In this document: positions 38,618 through 47,389 of the stretch, one piece after another
Layout: each line of letters starts with the position of its first letter
How positions within the stretch are numbered: position 1 is the stretch's first letter
NCBI GenBank assembly: GCA_043803945.1
Contig: JAZDJN010000073.1
Span: 1-47,389 of the forward strand
Direction: 5' to 3'
Length of the DNA stretch: 47,389 bases
From: a bacterium
Lineage (GTDB): Bacteria > Bacteroidota > Ignavibacteria > UBA10030
Notes under the pieces: generated by a model
What the model was told of the DNA's origin: nothing
Databases searched by the model: none
Seen by the model: only the letters and a program-made list of their open reading frames with translations
Position numbers and translations under genes: made by a program

Positions 38618-39832
38618 TTATTTATTAATGGTTACTACATCAAGGATGGATCCATCTTTTTTCTTCAGTGCTGCGCGTAACTCAGAACCGGCAATATCGA
38701 CTTTGATATAGGTTGCCTTTCCGCGTGCAGAGGAGGTTCCTCCATCGACAATCACATATCGATCGGGTCCTTGCCCCAGTCGTATCAGTCGTGCCTCATG
38801 AGTATGGCCGCAGAGATGAAGATCTACCTTTGCGCTGTTCAATATTGGTGCAAACTTTTTCGAACACTCCGTCATTCCATGCCATCCATCCCCCTTTTTC
38901 AGTGAGATCGGTATGTGGGAACAGACGATGCGGAATTTCGCATTCCGATACTCTTTGGAATTCACCACGTTTTTCAGCCACCGGGCCTGCTCATTACGGT
39001 ACCGGTCAAAGGCGGCAAGTCCGAAATAGTACTGATTGGTATCGGGTTTATCTTCTCCGGTATCGAGGACGATGAAGAACGCCTGGCCAACGACAGCGGT
39101 GTAATAAAATTTTCCGGAGGGAGTTTCAAGATACTTATTCAATGTGCGGGAAGCGGGACCTCGTGTTTCATGATTTCCGCGGGTGTAGAAAAATGGTTTT
39201 GACGATGCAAACGAATTGCTGCTGACGGAAAGGAATTTTGTAATCTGTTGCTCTGAATAAATATCAGTGACAATATCACCGTTGAAGAACGCGAAGTCGT
39301 AATCCTTCTCGATGATGCTTAAGGTATCGAGCAGTTGCGGCCGGTCATGGATATCGTTGAACACGAGGAAAGAAAATTTACCGATCGTAGGCGAGGGAAC
39401 TGTGAATGAATATATCGGGCTGTAGATGGTGTCGCCATAAATAACCTTATAGGCTTCATACGTTTTGATGCGTTTCGATGCCGCTCGATAGAAATAGCTT
39501 TTTCCGGGAGTGAGTTTCTCCAATCGAACTCGCTGCACATCGACATTGGCATCGATTAGGCCGTCGCGGGAGTTCAACGCCGTTTTGCTGAGCGCTTGCG
39601 TTTCGCCATATTCCAGCCAGCTTGTGCAGATCGCGTTGGTCAGCCAAAATATTGTGACACCATTTCCAGTCATGTTCTGGAGATATGGTTGTGTGCGAAA
39701 GGCAAACGCTGTTGTGTCTTCAGTTTGGGCAGAGACACCGGTAATCGTACAGAAGAAAAGAAGGACCTGGAACGATTGTCGAAGCAGTTGTTCCTTATGA
39801 GTTTTACGAAGGCAAGAATTCCAAGTCTTCAT
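38618..39832 (-). CDS. Purple acid phosphatase-like metallophosphoesterase with N-terminal FN3 domain (start uncertain: ATG 39832 or CTG 39787)
   Basis: PYLQN, NDIH, FNGD, RGNHE, LDTGEDKPD, HIP, GHTH. Confidence 0.85.
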   Translation of the reverse strand: MKTWNSCLRKTHKEQLLRQSFQVLLFFCTITGVSAQTEDTTAFAFRTQPYLQNMTGNGVTIFWLTNAICTSWLEYGETQALSKTALNSRDGLIDANVDVQRVRLEKLTPGKSYFYRAASKRIKTYEAYKVIYGDTIYSPIYSFTVPSPTIGKFSFLVFNDIHDRPQLLDTLSIIEKDYDFAFFNGDIVTDIYSEQQITKFLSVSSNSFASSKPFFYTRGNHETRGPASRTLNKYLETPSGKFYYTAVVGQAFFIVLDTGEDKPDTNQYYFGLAAFDRYRNEQARWLKNVVNSKEYRNAKFRIVCSHIPISLKKGDGWHGMTECSKKFAPILNSAKVDLHLCGHTHEARLIRLGQGPDRYVIVDGGTSSARGKATYIKVDIAGSELRAALKKKDGSILDVVTINK

Positions 39833-40406
39833 TGTCTGTGATCCGCTGTTTGAAATATTCTTCATGAGTATACTTGAACTTCTCAACGCCATCGAAAAAG
39901 TGCAGACATGAAGTTAGTAGACCCGGAGTACCCAAGTCATACACTATGCCCTGAAACGATGAATAGGGATATGAAGAATATTCATCTGTCAATCTGTGAT
40001 GGACTGGATTTGTATGAATATAACAAATTACTCTAACTAACGATTCAAGCGAATCAATTTCATTCCTTCTGAATCGGTGTTTAAAGAGAGCGCCGGATCT
40101 GCCGAAGGCCTTATTAATTGCCTTTGCATAAGCGTTGAACATATTTGAAAAATGATGAGATACGAGTTGCGGAGATTGCCTTAGGCCCTCCGGAATTTCT
40201 TTGGACTCCTTTATTCTTACTGCCACATGGAAATGGTTGGGCAGCAAACAATACGCATACGTATCGGCTACCGGACAGATATGTTGTTTATACAACCGAA
40301 GGAAGTATTCATAGTTCCGTTTCTCTTTGAAGATATTTTCTCTGTTGTTCCCTCGATTAAAGATATGATAGAGCTTCCCCGGCTCAAGCTTCGGTAGCGC
40401 TTCCAT
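39804..40406 (-). CDS. REP-associated tyrosine transposase (RAYT; HUH/Y1, IS200/IS605 superfamily)
   Basis: YHIFNRGNNRENIF, AYCLLPNHFH (HUH), YIHTNPV, YPYSS; adjacent perfect palindrome; RBS GGAGG. Confidence 0.9.
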   Translation of the reverse strand: MEALPKLEPGKLYHIFNRGNNRENIFKEKRNYEYFLRLYKQHICPVADTYAYCLLPNHFHVAVRIKESKEIPEGLRQSPQLVSHHFSNMFNAYAKAINKAFGRSGALFKHRFRRNEIDSLESLVRVICYIHTNPVHHRLTDEYSSYPYSSFQGIVYDLGTPGLLTSCLHFFDGVEKFKYTHEEYFKQRITDNEDLEFLPS

Positions 40407-40429
40407 AACTTCCTCCTTTCCCCTTAGAG

Positions 40430-40462
40430 AGACCTCCGAGATCTTTTAGATCTCGGAGGTCT
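40430..40462. repeat. Perfect 15-bp-stem palindrome (REP of the RAYT; may also terminate the GH29 transcript)
   Basis: AGACCTCCGAGATCT-ttt-AGATCTCGGAGGTCT. Confidence 0.88.
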
Positions 40463-40470
40463 AATCTATC

Positions 40471-41898
40471 TTAAAACACGAAAACCCACGCGTCCTTACA
40501 TGGCGGACGTTGCTGTACTACCGCCGGAATTTTCACAATCGCCCTACCGCTCTTGATCTCCCATTCCAACGGCTGCTGCACGCCGAGCATTTGTACCGTT
40601 GCTCCCTTTTTCGGAAGAATTCCTCCAAAGACAATCGAAGCCGGCGGAGTGTTTTCCTCCTTCTGTGCCAGATAGAGTGCATAAACCATTCCCGTTTTTG
40701 AATGCGTATAACAAATATTCTTTTCCTTGTACGGCGCAATTGGCCGTGTGCCGTAGATGGCTTTACCGTTGACAGTCATCCACTCACCAATCTCTTTCAT
40801 TCGCTGGTAGGCAGTATCGGGCAATGTTCCTTCCGGTGTCGGACCGACATCCAGGAGCAGGTTGCCCCCCTTGGCAATGATGTCAACCAAGAGATGAATC
40901 AACTGGCGCGTCGGTTTGAACCGGTCGTTCTTCACATAGCCCCAGCTTGTCGCCATTGTCATGCACGACTCCCAGGGAACATCCAGCGCTTTCTCCGGAA
41001 TTTTTTGCTCGGGTGTGAGGTAGTTCTCATACAGCCCGCTGACCCAGCGATCTACAACAATCAATCCGGGCTGATGTTTGCGTGCCATCGATACGATCCG
41101 GGTAATATCGACATCCTGATTATAATCGAGTTTCTTTGCCCACGATTCATACTCCTTCGGCATGTTGGCAAGCGGGCGAACCCAGGCGCCATCGAGCCAG
41201 AGAATATCTACGGAACCATAACCGGTCATCAACTCTTCAATCTGTGTGTAGGTCCAGTCTTTGAATTTCTGCCACCGCTCAGGATATTTCACCGGATTGT
41301 AATTTACATGCCGATCAGGTGTTGGGAAATACGGCCACCAGTAGTAAGGTGAGTTCCAATCGGGTTTTGAAAAATATGCACCGATCATCAATCCCTGATT
41401 ACGAAACGCATTGAACGTTTCCTTAACAATGTTGGCCTTTGGATTGGAGCTGAAGGGAGATTCTGGTGAAGTAATTTTGAAGTCCGTCGTCTTGGTATCA
41501 AACATGCAAAAACCGTCATGATGTTTGGTGGTGTTGATCAGATATCTCATTCCGGCTTTCTTCGCTGCCTCCGCCCAGAGGTCGGGATTGAATTTTACCG
41601 GATTGAATTCCTTCTTAATATTCCGGTATGCCTGTTTATACGTTTCATAATCGCCGGCATACACACCGGTCCGCTGGCACCAACCTTCGTCTTCACCACA
41701 GAGAGACCATGATTCGACAATGCCCCACTGGCTGTATAATCCCCAGTGCATCATGAATCCAAATTTCATATCCTGCCACTGTTCAAGTTTTTTCGCTGCA
41801 AGCGGGTCGGTCTCTTTCACATAATGCTTCGACTCTTGTGAATTTGCCAGGAACGCCATGGACAAAGCTGCTGAGAGGATGAGTAAAAGATGTTTCAT
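40471..41898 (-). CDS. GH29 alpha-L-fucosidase
   Basis: KFGFMMHWG, TTKHHDGF, LWLDGAW, WESCMT, GGNLLLDVGP. Confidence 0.94.
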   Translation of the reverse strand: MKHLLLILSAALSMAFLANSQESKHYVKETDPLAAKKLEQWQDMKFGFMMHWGLYSQWGIVESWSLCGEDEGWCQRTGVYAGDYETYKQAYRNIKKEFNPVKFNPDLWAEAAKKAGMRYLINTTKHHDGFCMFDTKTTDFKITSPESPFSSNPKANIVKETFNAFRNQGLMIGAYFSKPDWNSPYYWWPYFPTPDRHVNYNPVKYPERWQKFKDWTYTQIEELMTGYGSVDILWLDGAWVRPLANMPKEYESWAKKLDYNQDVDITRIVSMARKHQPGLIVVDRWVSGLYENYLTPEQKIPEKALDVPWESCMTMATSWGYVKNDRFKPTRQLIHLLVDIIAKGGNLLLDVGPTPEGTLPDTAYQRMKEIGEWMTVNGKAIYGTRPIAPYKEKNICYTHSKTGMVYALYLAQKEENTPPASIVFGGILPKKGATVQMLGVQQPLEWEIKSGRAIVKIPAVVQQRPPCKDAWVFVF

Positions 41899-41948
41899 TG
41901 AGTCTTGCCTTCCACGTTTGGTTTATACTCATACATGTCAATCGACCA

Positions 41949-42032
41949 TCACTGCATTACTATTTCATCGACGAAGAGCCATGCTTTTCCACCTGCACCC
42001 GAATGACCCGCAGGACATGTACCGATGTTTTT
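41949..42032 (-). pseudogene. 28-codon relic: C-terminus of a deleted F5/8-like-domain glycosidase gene
   Basis: Translates KNIGTCPAGHSGAGGKAWLFVDEIVMQ-stop, matching the C-termini of the genes ending at 5556, 8623 and 20174. Confidence 0.85.
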
Positions 42033-42103
42033 TATTAGCAGTATAATAGCATGGATAGACCGCTCCCTGTCCAGAGAATGATCAGGTTCAATCGTGTTCA
42101 AAA

Positions 42104-43078
42104 TTACCGATACCGCTCCTCAACAAGTTGGATCACCTTATCCACATTATTCTTATCGATAATGCCGGCACCAGCATCGATGTTCGATGGGACAATCCCG
42201 TACCGGCAATAGTGAGTCAGTTGTACCACAGGATAGAATCCCTGCACATAAGGCTGTTGATCGATGGAAAACCGGATGTGTCCGGCTTTGATGAGACGGA
42301 GCGTACCCGGACTGACATCAAATCCTGCGGCCAGGTATCCTGGGAAATATTTTTCTATCGCCGTGCCAGCTCCCTCCGTATCTGACTGGCCGGTGCAGAG
42401 GACTATCTTGATATCAGGATTTTCTTTCAACTCCCGGGAGATCACATCGACAGCCTTTTCTACCGTGTTCCCCGAAATTATTACTTTCCACTTAATGTTC
42501 TTCGTTTTGAGTACTTCCTGTGCTCCGCGCAAACGATCCTCCAACGCCGATACCCCTTTGTCGTGCATGGTCATCAGCACACGGCTGCCCGCCGGCACGA
42601 AGTCCAGTGCTTTTGTGCCGAGTGTTTTTCCTGCCTCATACAGTTTCTGGCACACCGCACTGAGCCGAGCATTCGGTGTTGCATGATCATCCACATTGAA
42701 CGCCACAACCGGTACTCCTCTCTCTTTCGCCTCCAGAACAACCCCGTCGAAAGCAACTGGATCGATGATGTTCAGCGCAATCCCATCGTAACCCTCCTTT
42801 AGCGCTTGCCGAATCATTTCCACCTGAGCCGGAATATTCACGCCCTCTGTTCCAGTAAATGTGCATGCGACTCCCAGCATCGCCGCAGCATCCGCCATAC
42901 CTTTCTGCACTGGTTGAAAGAATTTCGCTTCCACACACGTTGTGATAAATATGAATCGAAGATTCTGCTTTGGTAAAAAAATACTCTTCTGATCAGATTG
43001 TGCCTTGACCTGCTCCAGAGAGAAGGAGACAAAAAGCAGAAGGGAGAACATCCGTGCATTGAATGGTAACCTTTTCAT
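42104..43078 (-). CDS. Periplasmic sugar-binding protein (RbsB/LacI-type fold)
   Basis: Signal peptide; FFQPVQKGMADAA, GYDGIA, GVPVVAFNVD, AGFD.S, IDQQPYVQGF. Confidence 0.88.
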   Translation of the reverse strand: MKRLPFNARMFSLLLFVSFSLEQVKAQSDQKSIFLPKQNLRFIFITTCVEAKFFQPVQKGMADAAAMLGVACTFTGTEGVNIPAQVEMIRQALKEGYDGIALNIIDPVAFDGVVLEAKERGVPVVAFNVDDHATPNARLSAVCQKLYEAGKTLGTKALDFVPAGSRVLMTMHDKGVSALEDRLRGAQEVLKTKNIKWKVIISGNTVEKAVDVISRELKENPDIKIVLCTGQSDTEGAGTAIEKYFPGYLAAGFDVSPGTLRLIKAGHIRFSIDQQPYVQGFYPVVQLTHYCRYGIVPSNIDAGAGIIDKNNVDKVIQLVEERYR

Positions 43079-43091
43079 AGTTATGTCCTGC

Positions 43092-44696
43092 TTATTGAAA
43101 GATGAAATAGAGAATAATCATCACCGTAAAGAGAAGAGCAGAAAGGAATCTGTAGTTCCCCATTCCTTTCCATGCCTGACTGCGAAACGCATCGAATGGA
43201 TTGTTCCAAACCAATGCTTCCTTCTCAGCGGTGAGCGGTTCCGGTTTCAGATACGAAGCCGCAATGAGAATAACAGCACAGAGGCATGCCAGATAGAAGC
43301 TCGCCATCATAAATGGAACATTCCACCCGGTGCTCTCTTTGAACCAATCGAGCAGAAAGACGGTGAATCCCAATGCCGTTCCCGACATCATCGTTGTGAG
43401 CGATCCAAACGAGCTTGCTCTCCGCCAAAATATTCCTGCAAGAAACACCACTGTGATGGAAGGAGCAAGATATCCGATAACGGCATTAATTCCCTGAAAG
43501 ACAGAGGGGTAGCGTGCCACAAACGGTGACCAGAGAATCGCGGCGATCATCGCAATGACCGTGACAATGCGTCCTATCGTCACAAGCCTATGCTCCGATG
43601 TATGGGGTTTCCATTGTTTGTAGAGATCGTACACGAATAATGTTGCGGCTGAATTCAATGCTCCTGACACCGTGCTCATCAATGCAGCGAGAAGGGCAGC
43701 AGCAACAATGCCCTTCAATCCTACAGGTAACAGGTGCATAATCATGAAACCATACGTATCAGCCGGATTCGTAATTTCATTCGGCAATTTGCCTTGATGA
43801 ATCAATGCCAAACAAATGACGCCGGGCAGGACAAAGATGAAGACAGGAAGAATTTTAATAAATCCTGCAAAGAGCACGCCGACTTTCGCATGGTTCTCAT
43901 CTCGTGCACCAAGCACACGCTGCACAATAGTTTGATCCGTACACCAGTACCAGATTCCGATGATCGGATAACCGAGAAGCACGGAGTACCATGGAAGCCC
44001 TGAGGAATCTCCCTCAGGACGGAGCACAGTAAGTTTAACCGGTTCGACGGATGATGCCAAGCCATCCCAGCCTCCTACCTGGATCAGGCCCACGACTGTT
44101 AAACACACTGCTCCAAAAATCAGAATAATCGTTTGGATTGATTCAGTCCATACGACGGCAAGCAGCCCGCCAACAGCGGTATAGAGGCCTGTAAGAATTG
44201 CTACAGCGATAATGCTAAAATAGATGTCGAATCCAAACATCCCCCGCAGCACCACGGCACCCGCATACAGTGAAAAACCGATGTGAATGAAAATGGCGGA
44301 GATGATGGAGAGAAAAGCAAGCCAATTGCGACTCCCTTTACTGTATCGTTTCTCGAGAAAATCCGGGAGCGTTGCGATTTTTGATCGGATATAAAACGGT
44401 ACAAAAAATAACGCAAGGATAATGAGAGTGAATGGAGCCATCCATTCAAAATTACCGTACGCCAGACCGTTCTTATAACCTTCTTCAGCGAGGCTCACCA
44501 GATGCACTGTGGAAATGTTCGTTGAAAAAAGTGCCATTCCAATAATGGGCCATGACAATGTTGATCCGGCGAGGAAATATTCTCGGCTTTCACTTCCCTT
44601 CCTTCGTCTGAGTCCCGCCCAACAACCAAATCCAACAATACCAACGAGGTAAGCTACAATGATGATGGAATCGAGAGTAGAGATGGCAAATGTCAT
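43092..44696 (-). CDS. Sodium:solute symporter (SGLT-like)
   Basis: YFLAG, LFSTNIS, GGLLAVVWTESIQ, WYWCTDQTIVQRVL, LAALMST. Confidence 0.93.
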   Translation of the reverse strand: MTFAISTLDSIIIVAYLVGIVGFGCWAGLRRRKGSESREYFLAGSTLSWPIIGMALFSTNISTVHLVSLAEEGYKNGLAYGNFEWMAPFTLIILALFFVPFYIRSKIATLPDFLEKRYSKGSRNWLAFLSIISAIFIHIGFSLYAGAVVLRGMFGFDIYFSIIAVAILTGLYTAVGGLLAVVWTESIQTIILIFGAVCLTVVGLIQVGGWDGLASSVEPVKLTVLRPEGDSSGLPWYSVLLGYPIIGIWYWCTDQTIVQRVLGARDENHAKVGVLFAGFIKILPVFIFVLPGVICLALIHQGKLPNEITNPADTYGFMIMHLLPVGLKGIVAAALLAALMSTVSGALNSAATLFVYDLYKQWKPHTSEHRLVTIGRIVTVIAMIAAILWSPFVARYPSVFQGINAVIGYLAPSITVVFLAGIFWRRASSFGSLTTMMSGTALGFTVFLLDWFKESTGWNVPFMMASFYLACLCAVILIAASYLKPEPLTAEKEALVWNNPFDAFRSQAWKGMGNYRFLSALLFTVMIILYFIFQ

Positions 44697-44699
44697 GAT

Positions 44700-46493
44700 T
44701 TACTCCAACGTTTTCCAGCCGCGAATCACATTCGCTTCGTTCTGGTGCTGATCGAAGATAAGGATTTCGTTCTTTCCTTTTTTCAACCAGGGTGCAGGAC
44801 AGTAGAGGCGCTTCTGCGGGCCAATCTCCCAGTAGCGGCCAAGATTCTTTCCATTGACCCAGACAATCCCTTTTTTGTAATTCGACATGTCGATAAAGGT
44901 ATCAGCGATCTCATTCAGGTTGAATGACCCCTTGAAAAATGTACCGCGCCTCGCAGTATCAAGTGGAGCCGGTTTCAAAACACCAATATGTTTTGCATCA
45001 AACGAAAGATTGTAGACTTCCCAGTTCATAAGAGTCATTCCATTGAGTGTTACGCGATCGGTGATTCCTTTCCGATCAATGAGATATTGTGCAAAGTTAA
45101 TGCGCCCCATTCCTTCAACGAGAATTTCGAGCACAGGGTCTTTCACATCGCTCTTGGGAAGGTCGATGGTTTTTTCTCCTTCGCGCCGATCAAGCTTACC
45201 CACATACTTGCCATTGAGGAACACGGTTGCATAATCATGCAAATCGGTGATGGTCAATTTGCCGCTCTTATGGCCGATGAGCTTCGTCATGTAGAGGATG
45301 AATCCATAATCCTGATTATAGGCCTCGAATGGTTTCGGTTGAACCGAGTGAATTGGTTTCGGCAAATTGCTCCACACCGAGGTAAACACTTCCATCTTCA
45401 CCTCCGGAATTTCCATTGCCGGGATTGCCTCTGGTATCTACGGCAGCGGCCCTGTATATTTGGCAATCAAATCTCTCAACGCATGGTATTTATAGGTAGG
45501 CCGTCCCTGCTCATTGATCGGTGCATCGTAATCATAGCTTGTGATATCGGGTTCATATCCCTTACCCCCGGAATTCGCACCGGCTGTAAAGCCGAAATTC
45601 GTACCGCCATGAATAACGTAGAAGTTAAGTCCACGTTTTGTCTCAAGCAGGAATCGGACTTCTTTCATTAATCCTACAGTATCAGGCCTAGCCCATTTTT
45701 CACCCCAGTGTGTCAACCATCCGGGATATGTTTCGCTGCTGAATACCGGCACGTTGGGATTTCGTTTCTTTGCATGATCAAAGTCCCCCTCATCAGAACC
45801 GGAGTCCAAGCCGATTGCTGTGCCATCAATGTTCCCTGCCTCAAGCATATAGGGCGTAGGTCCATCGGCAGTATAGAATGGAACATCGATGCCGTTCTTC
45901 TTCCAGATGGATCGCAATGCTTCGAGATAATTCTTATCGTTGCCGAAGCTACCATATTCATTCTCTATTTGCACCATCAGAATCGGTCCGCCCTTTGTAA
46001 CGAGCAATGGTTTGATCTCTGCGGCTATGGCTTTCAGGTATCGTTCGACTGCTTTCATGTAGCGCGGATCCATGCAGCGAAGCTTGATATCAGGGATACG
46101 CAGGAGGTAGGGTGGAATGCCTCCGAGTTCCCATTCAGCGCAGACATAGGGGCCGGGGCGAAAGAGAACCCACATGCCTTCCTGCTGTGCAATGCGGACA
46201 AACTCTGCGATATCGCGGTTCTCCGTTTTGAAATCGAACTTTCCTTCCTGGCTCTCGTGGTAATTCCAGAAGATGTATGCTGCAATTGTATTGCATCCCA
46301 TCGCTTTTGCCATCTGGATGCGGTGATTCCAGTACACCCGGGGAATTCGTGCCGGGTGCATCTCGCCGCTGATAATCTGGAATGACTTACCGTCGAGGAG
46401 AAAATCTTTTTCACCGAGAGTGAAGGTATGGCGTTGTGTTTGTGATGGAAGAATTTGAGCAATGAAAATGAGCAGTGAAAGAAGGTATTTCAT
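44700..46493 (-). pseudogene. GH35 beta-galactosidase split by an in-frame TAG at 45438-45440
   Basis: SGEMHPARIP, RPGPYVCAEW, QIENEYG, SETYPGW, GGTNFG, TSYDYDAP; then GRINF, KGIVWVNG.NLGRYW, GPQ in the same frame (...PLP*IPEAIPAMEIP). Confidence 0.88.
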
Positions 46494-46741
46494 TCATTCC
46501 TCCAGAAACAGGATGGTGTTGGAATGGTATCGTGTAAAGATTTGTGAACAAAATTAATGTAGCGTTTTCGATTCAGAGGCTCAAGAAATTATATCAATAT
46601 TCCTACATTTCGTTATCTTTGCAGCGAATCCAACCAATCAAGTCAGTATCATTTATCGGAAAGAAGAATTAGAACCATGATCTCCCTTCTCTACTAGATG
46701 GGAGTGATCATATATTGAATTGTAATGGGGATTATTTTTCG

Positions 46742-47104
46742 ATGGGGCAAATTTTTAATAACGCTTCCGAAAAGAACCGGCGTCGAGCATTGAGACAACA
46801 CATGCCAGAAACCGAGATCATCCTCTGGTCTAAGCTCAAAGGAAGACAATGCGCCGGATATAAATTTCGACGCCAGTATAGCATAGGACCATATATCGTG
46901 GATTTTTATTGTGCGGAAAAGAAACTTGCTGTCGAGGTTGATGGGGTAAGCCATTGCTTGATGGAAGATGAGAAAACAGATGCAGCACGACAAGAATGGA
47001 TAGAACAATTTGGCATCAGATTTCTTCGAGTAACGAATGACGACGTTCGAAATAATCTCAGCAGTGTATTAACTGCAATCGAAGAGTCCCTGTATGGAGA
47101 ATGA
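46742..47104 (+). CDS. DUF559 / Vsr-like endonuclease-domain protein
   Basis: RR.LR..M...E.ILW..LK, KFRRQYSIGPYIVDFYC, VEVDG.SH, D..R..W....GIRFLRVTN. Confidence 0.9.
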   Translation: MGQIFNNASEKNRRRALRQHMPETEIILWSKLKGRQCAGYKFRRQYSIGPYIVDFYCAEKKLAVEVDGVSHCLMEDEKTDAARQEWIEQFGIRFLRVTNDDVRNNLSSVLTAIEESLYGE

Positions 47105-47179
47105 TAATACACTCGCGATTCTTCTATCCTACGAGTAGATCGCTTCGCAGTAGCGTAGAAAAATTAAATGAAGCTCTTT

Positions 47180-47318
47180 GAGGTTGTCTAAAAACAAAAA
47201 AAAGACACTGTCATTCCCGCATGTGCCGTTTTTCGGCATCCCGTACAACGCATTGGCGTCAACTTAGGAAACATTTTCAAAGGAAAATATTAGATAAATT
47301 GGTTTAACCTACAGCCTC
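47180..47318. mobile_element. MITE-like element
   Basis: Left end GAGGTTGTCTAAAA; right end reverse complement GAGGCTGTAGGTTAA; internal TGTCATTCCCGC REP-like half-site. Confidence 0.5.
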
Positions 47319-47342
47319 AACAAAAATCAACGAGGTTAAGCC

Positions 47343-47389
47343 ATGACAAAACTCATTAAAATTGAGCCAATAATCCAAAAATTTATGAC
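47343..47389 (+). CDS. Possible start of an unknown CDS running off the window
   Basis: GAGG RBS then ATG; MTKLIKIEPIIQKFM is open to the edge. Confidence 0.4.
   Translation, partial: MTKLIKIEPIIQKFM

Noticed and set aside
23469-45440. Stop-codon reassignment (Sec, Pyl or an alternative code) to explain the in-frame TGA and TAG
   Set aside because: TGA and TAG both end many intact genes here, the two cases use different codons, neither is at a catalytic position, and no sel or pyl genes are visible.
1-47389. tRNA, rRNA or riboswitch genes
   Set aside because: None recognised by eye; an Infernal/Rfam and tRNAscan search would be needed to exclude them.

Overview
A carbohydrate-utilisation region read almost entirely on the minus strand. 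The host is probably an FCB-group bacterium (Ignavibacteria/Bacteroidota-like; inferred from signal peptides ending in AQ and from the enzyme families). It encodes GH3, three GH29, two GH38, GH27, GH35, a GH97 remnant, a DUF4091/GH123-like protein, a triple-domain esterase, an SSS transporter, an orphan sugar-binding protein, a mutarotase and a UroD-family protein, plus a complete pstSCABB-phoU operon. A defence island (about 12.7-20.1 kb) interrupts it. The island holds a decayed type I R-M system, a RhuM fragment, a GIY-YIG nuclease flanked by two 84-bp palindromic direct repeats, and an intact, translationally coupled three-gene cassette (TIGR04255-like protein, unknown protein, small protein with ADP-ribosyltransferase-like R-S-H motifs). 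That cassette is the best candidate for an undescribed toxin-antitoxin-chaperone or anti-phage system. Other highlights: two PstB paralogues with complementary degenerate motifs that predict one dead and one live ATP site; many deletion scars and in-frame stops; an IS4/Tn5-like end at the left edge; a RAYT with its palindrome; a DUF559 nuclease; and several families of short intergenic repeats. All family calls come from motif recognition by eye; no database searches were run.
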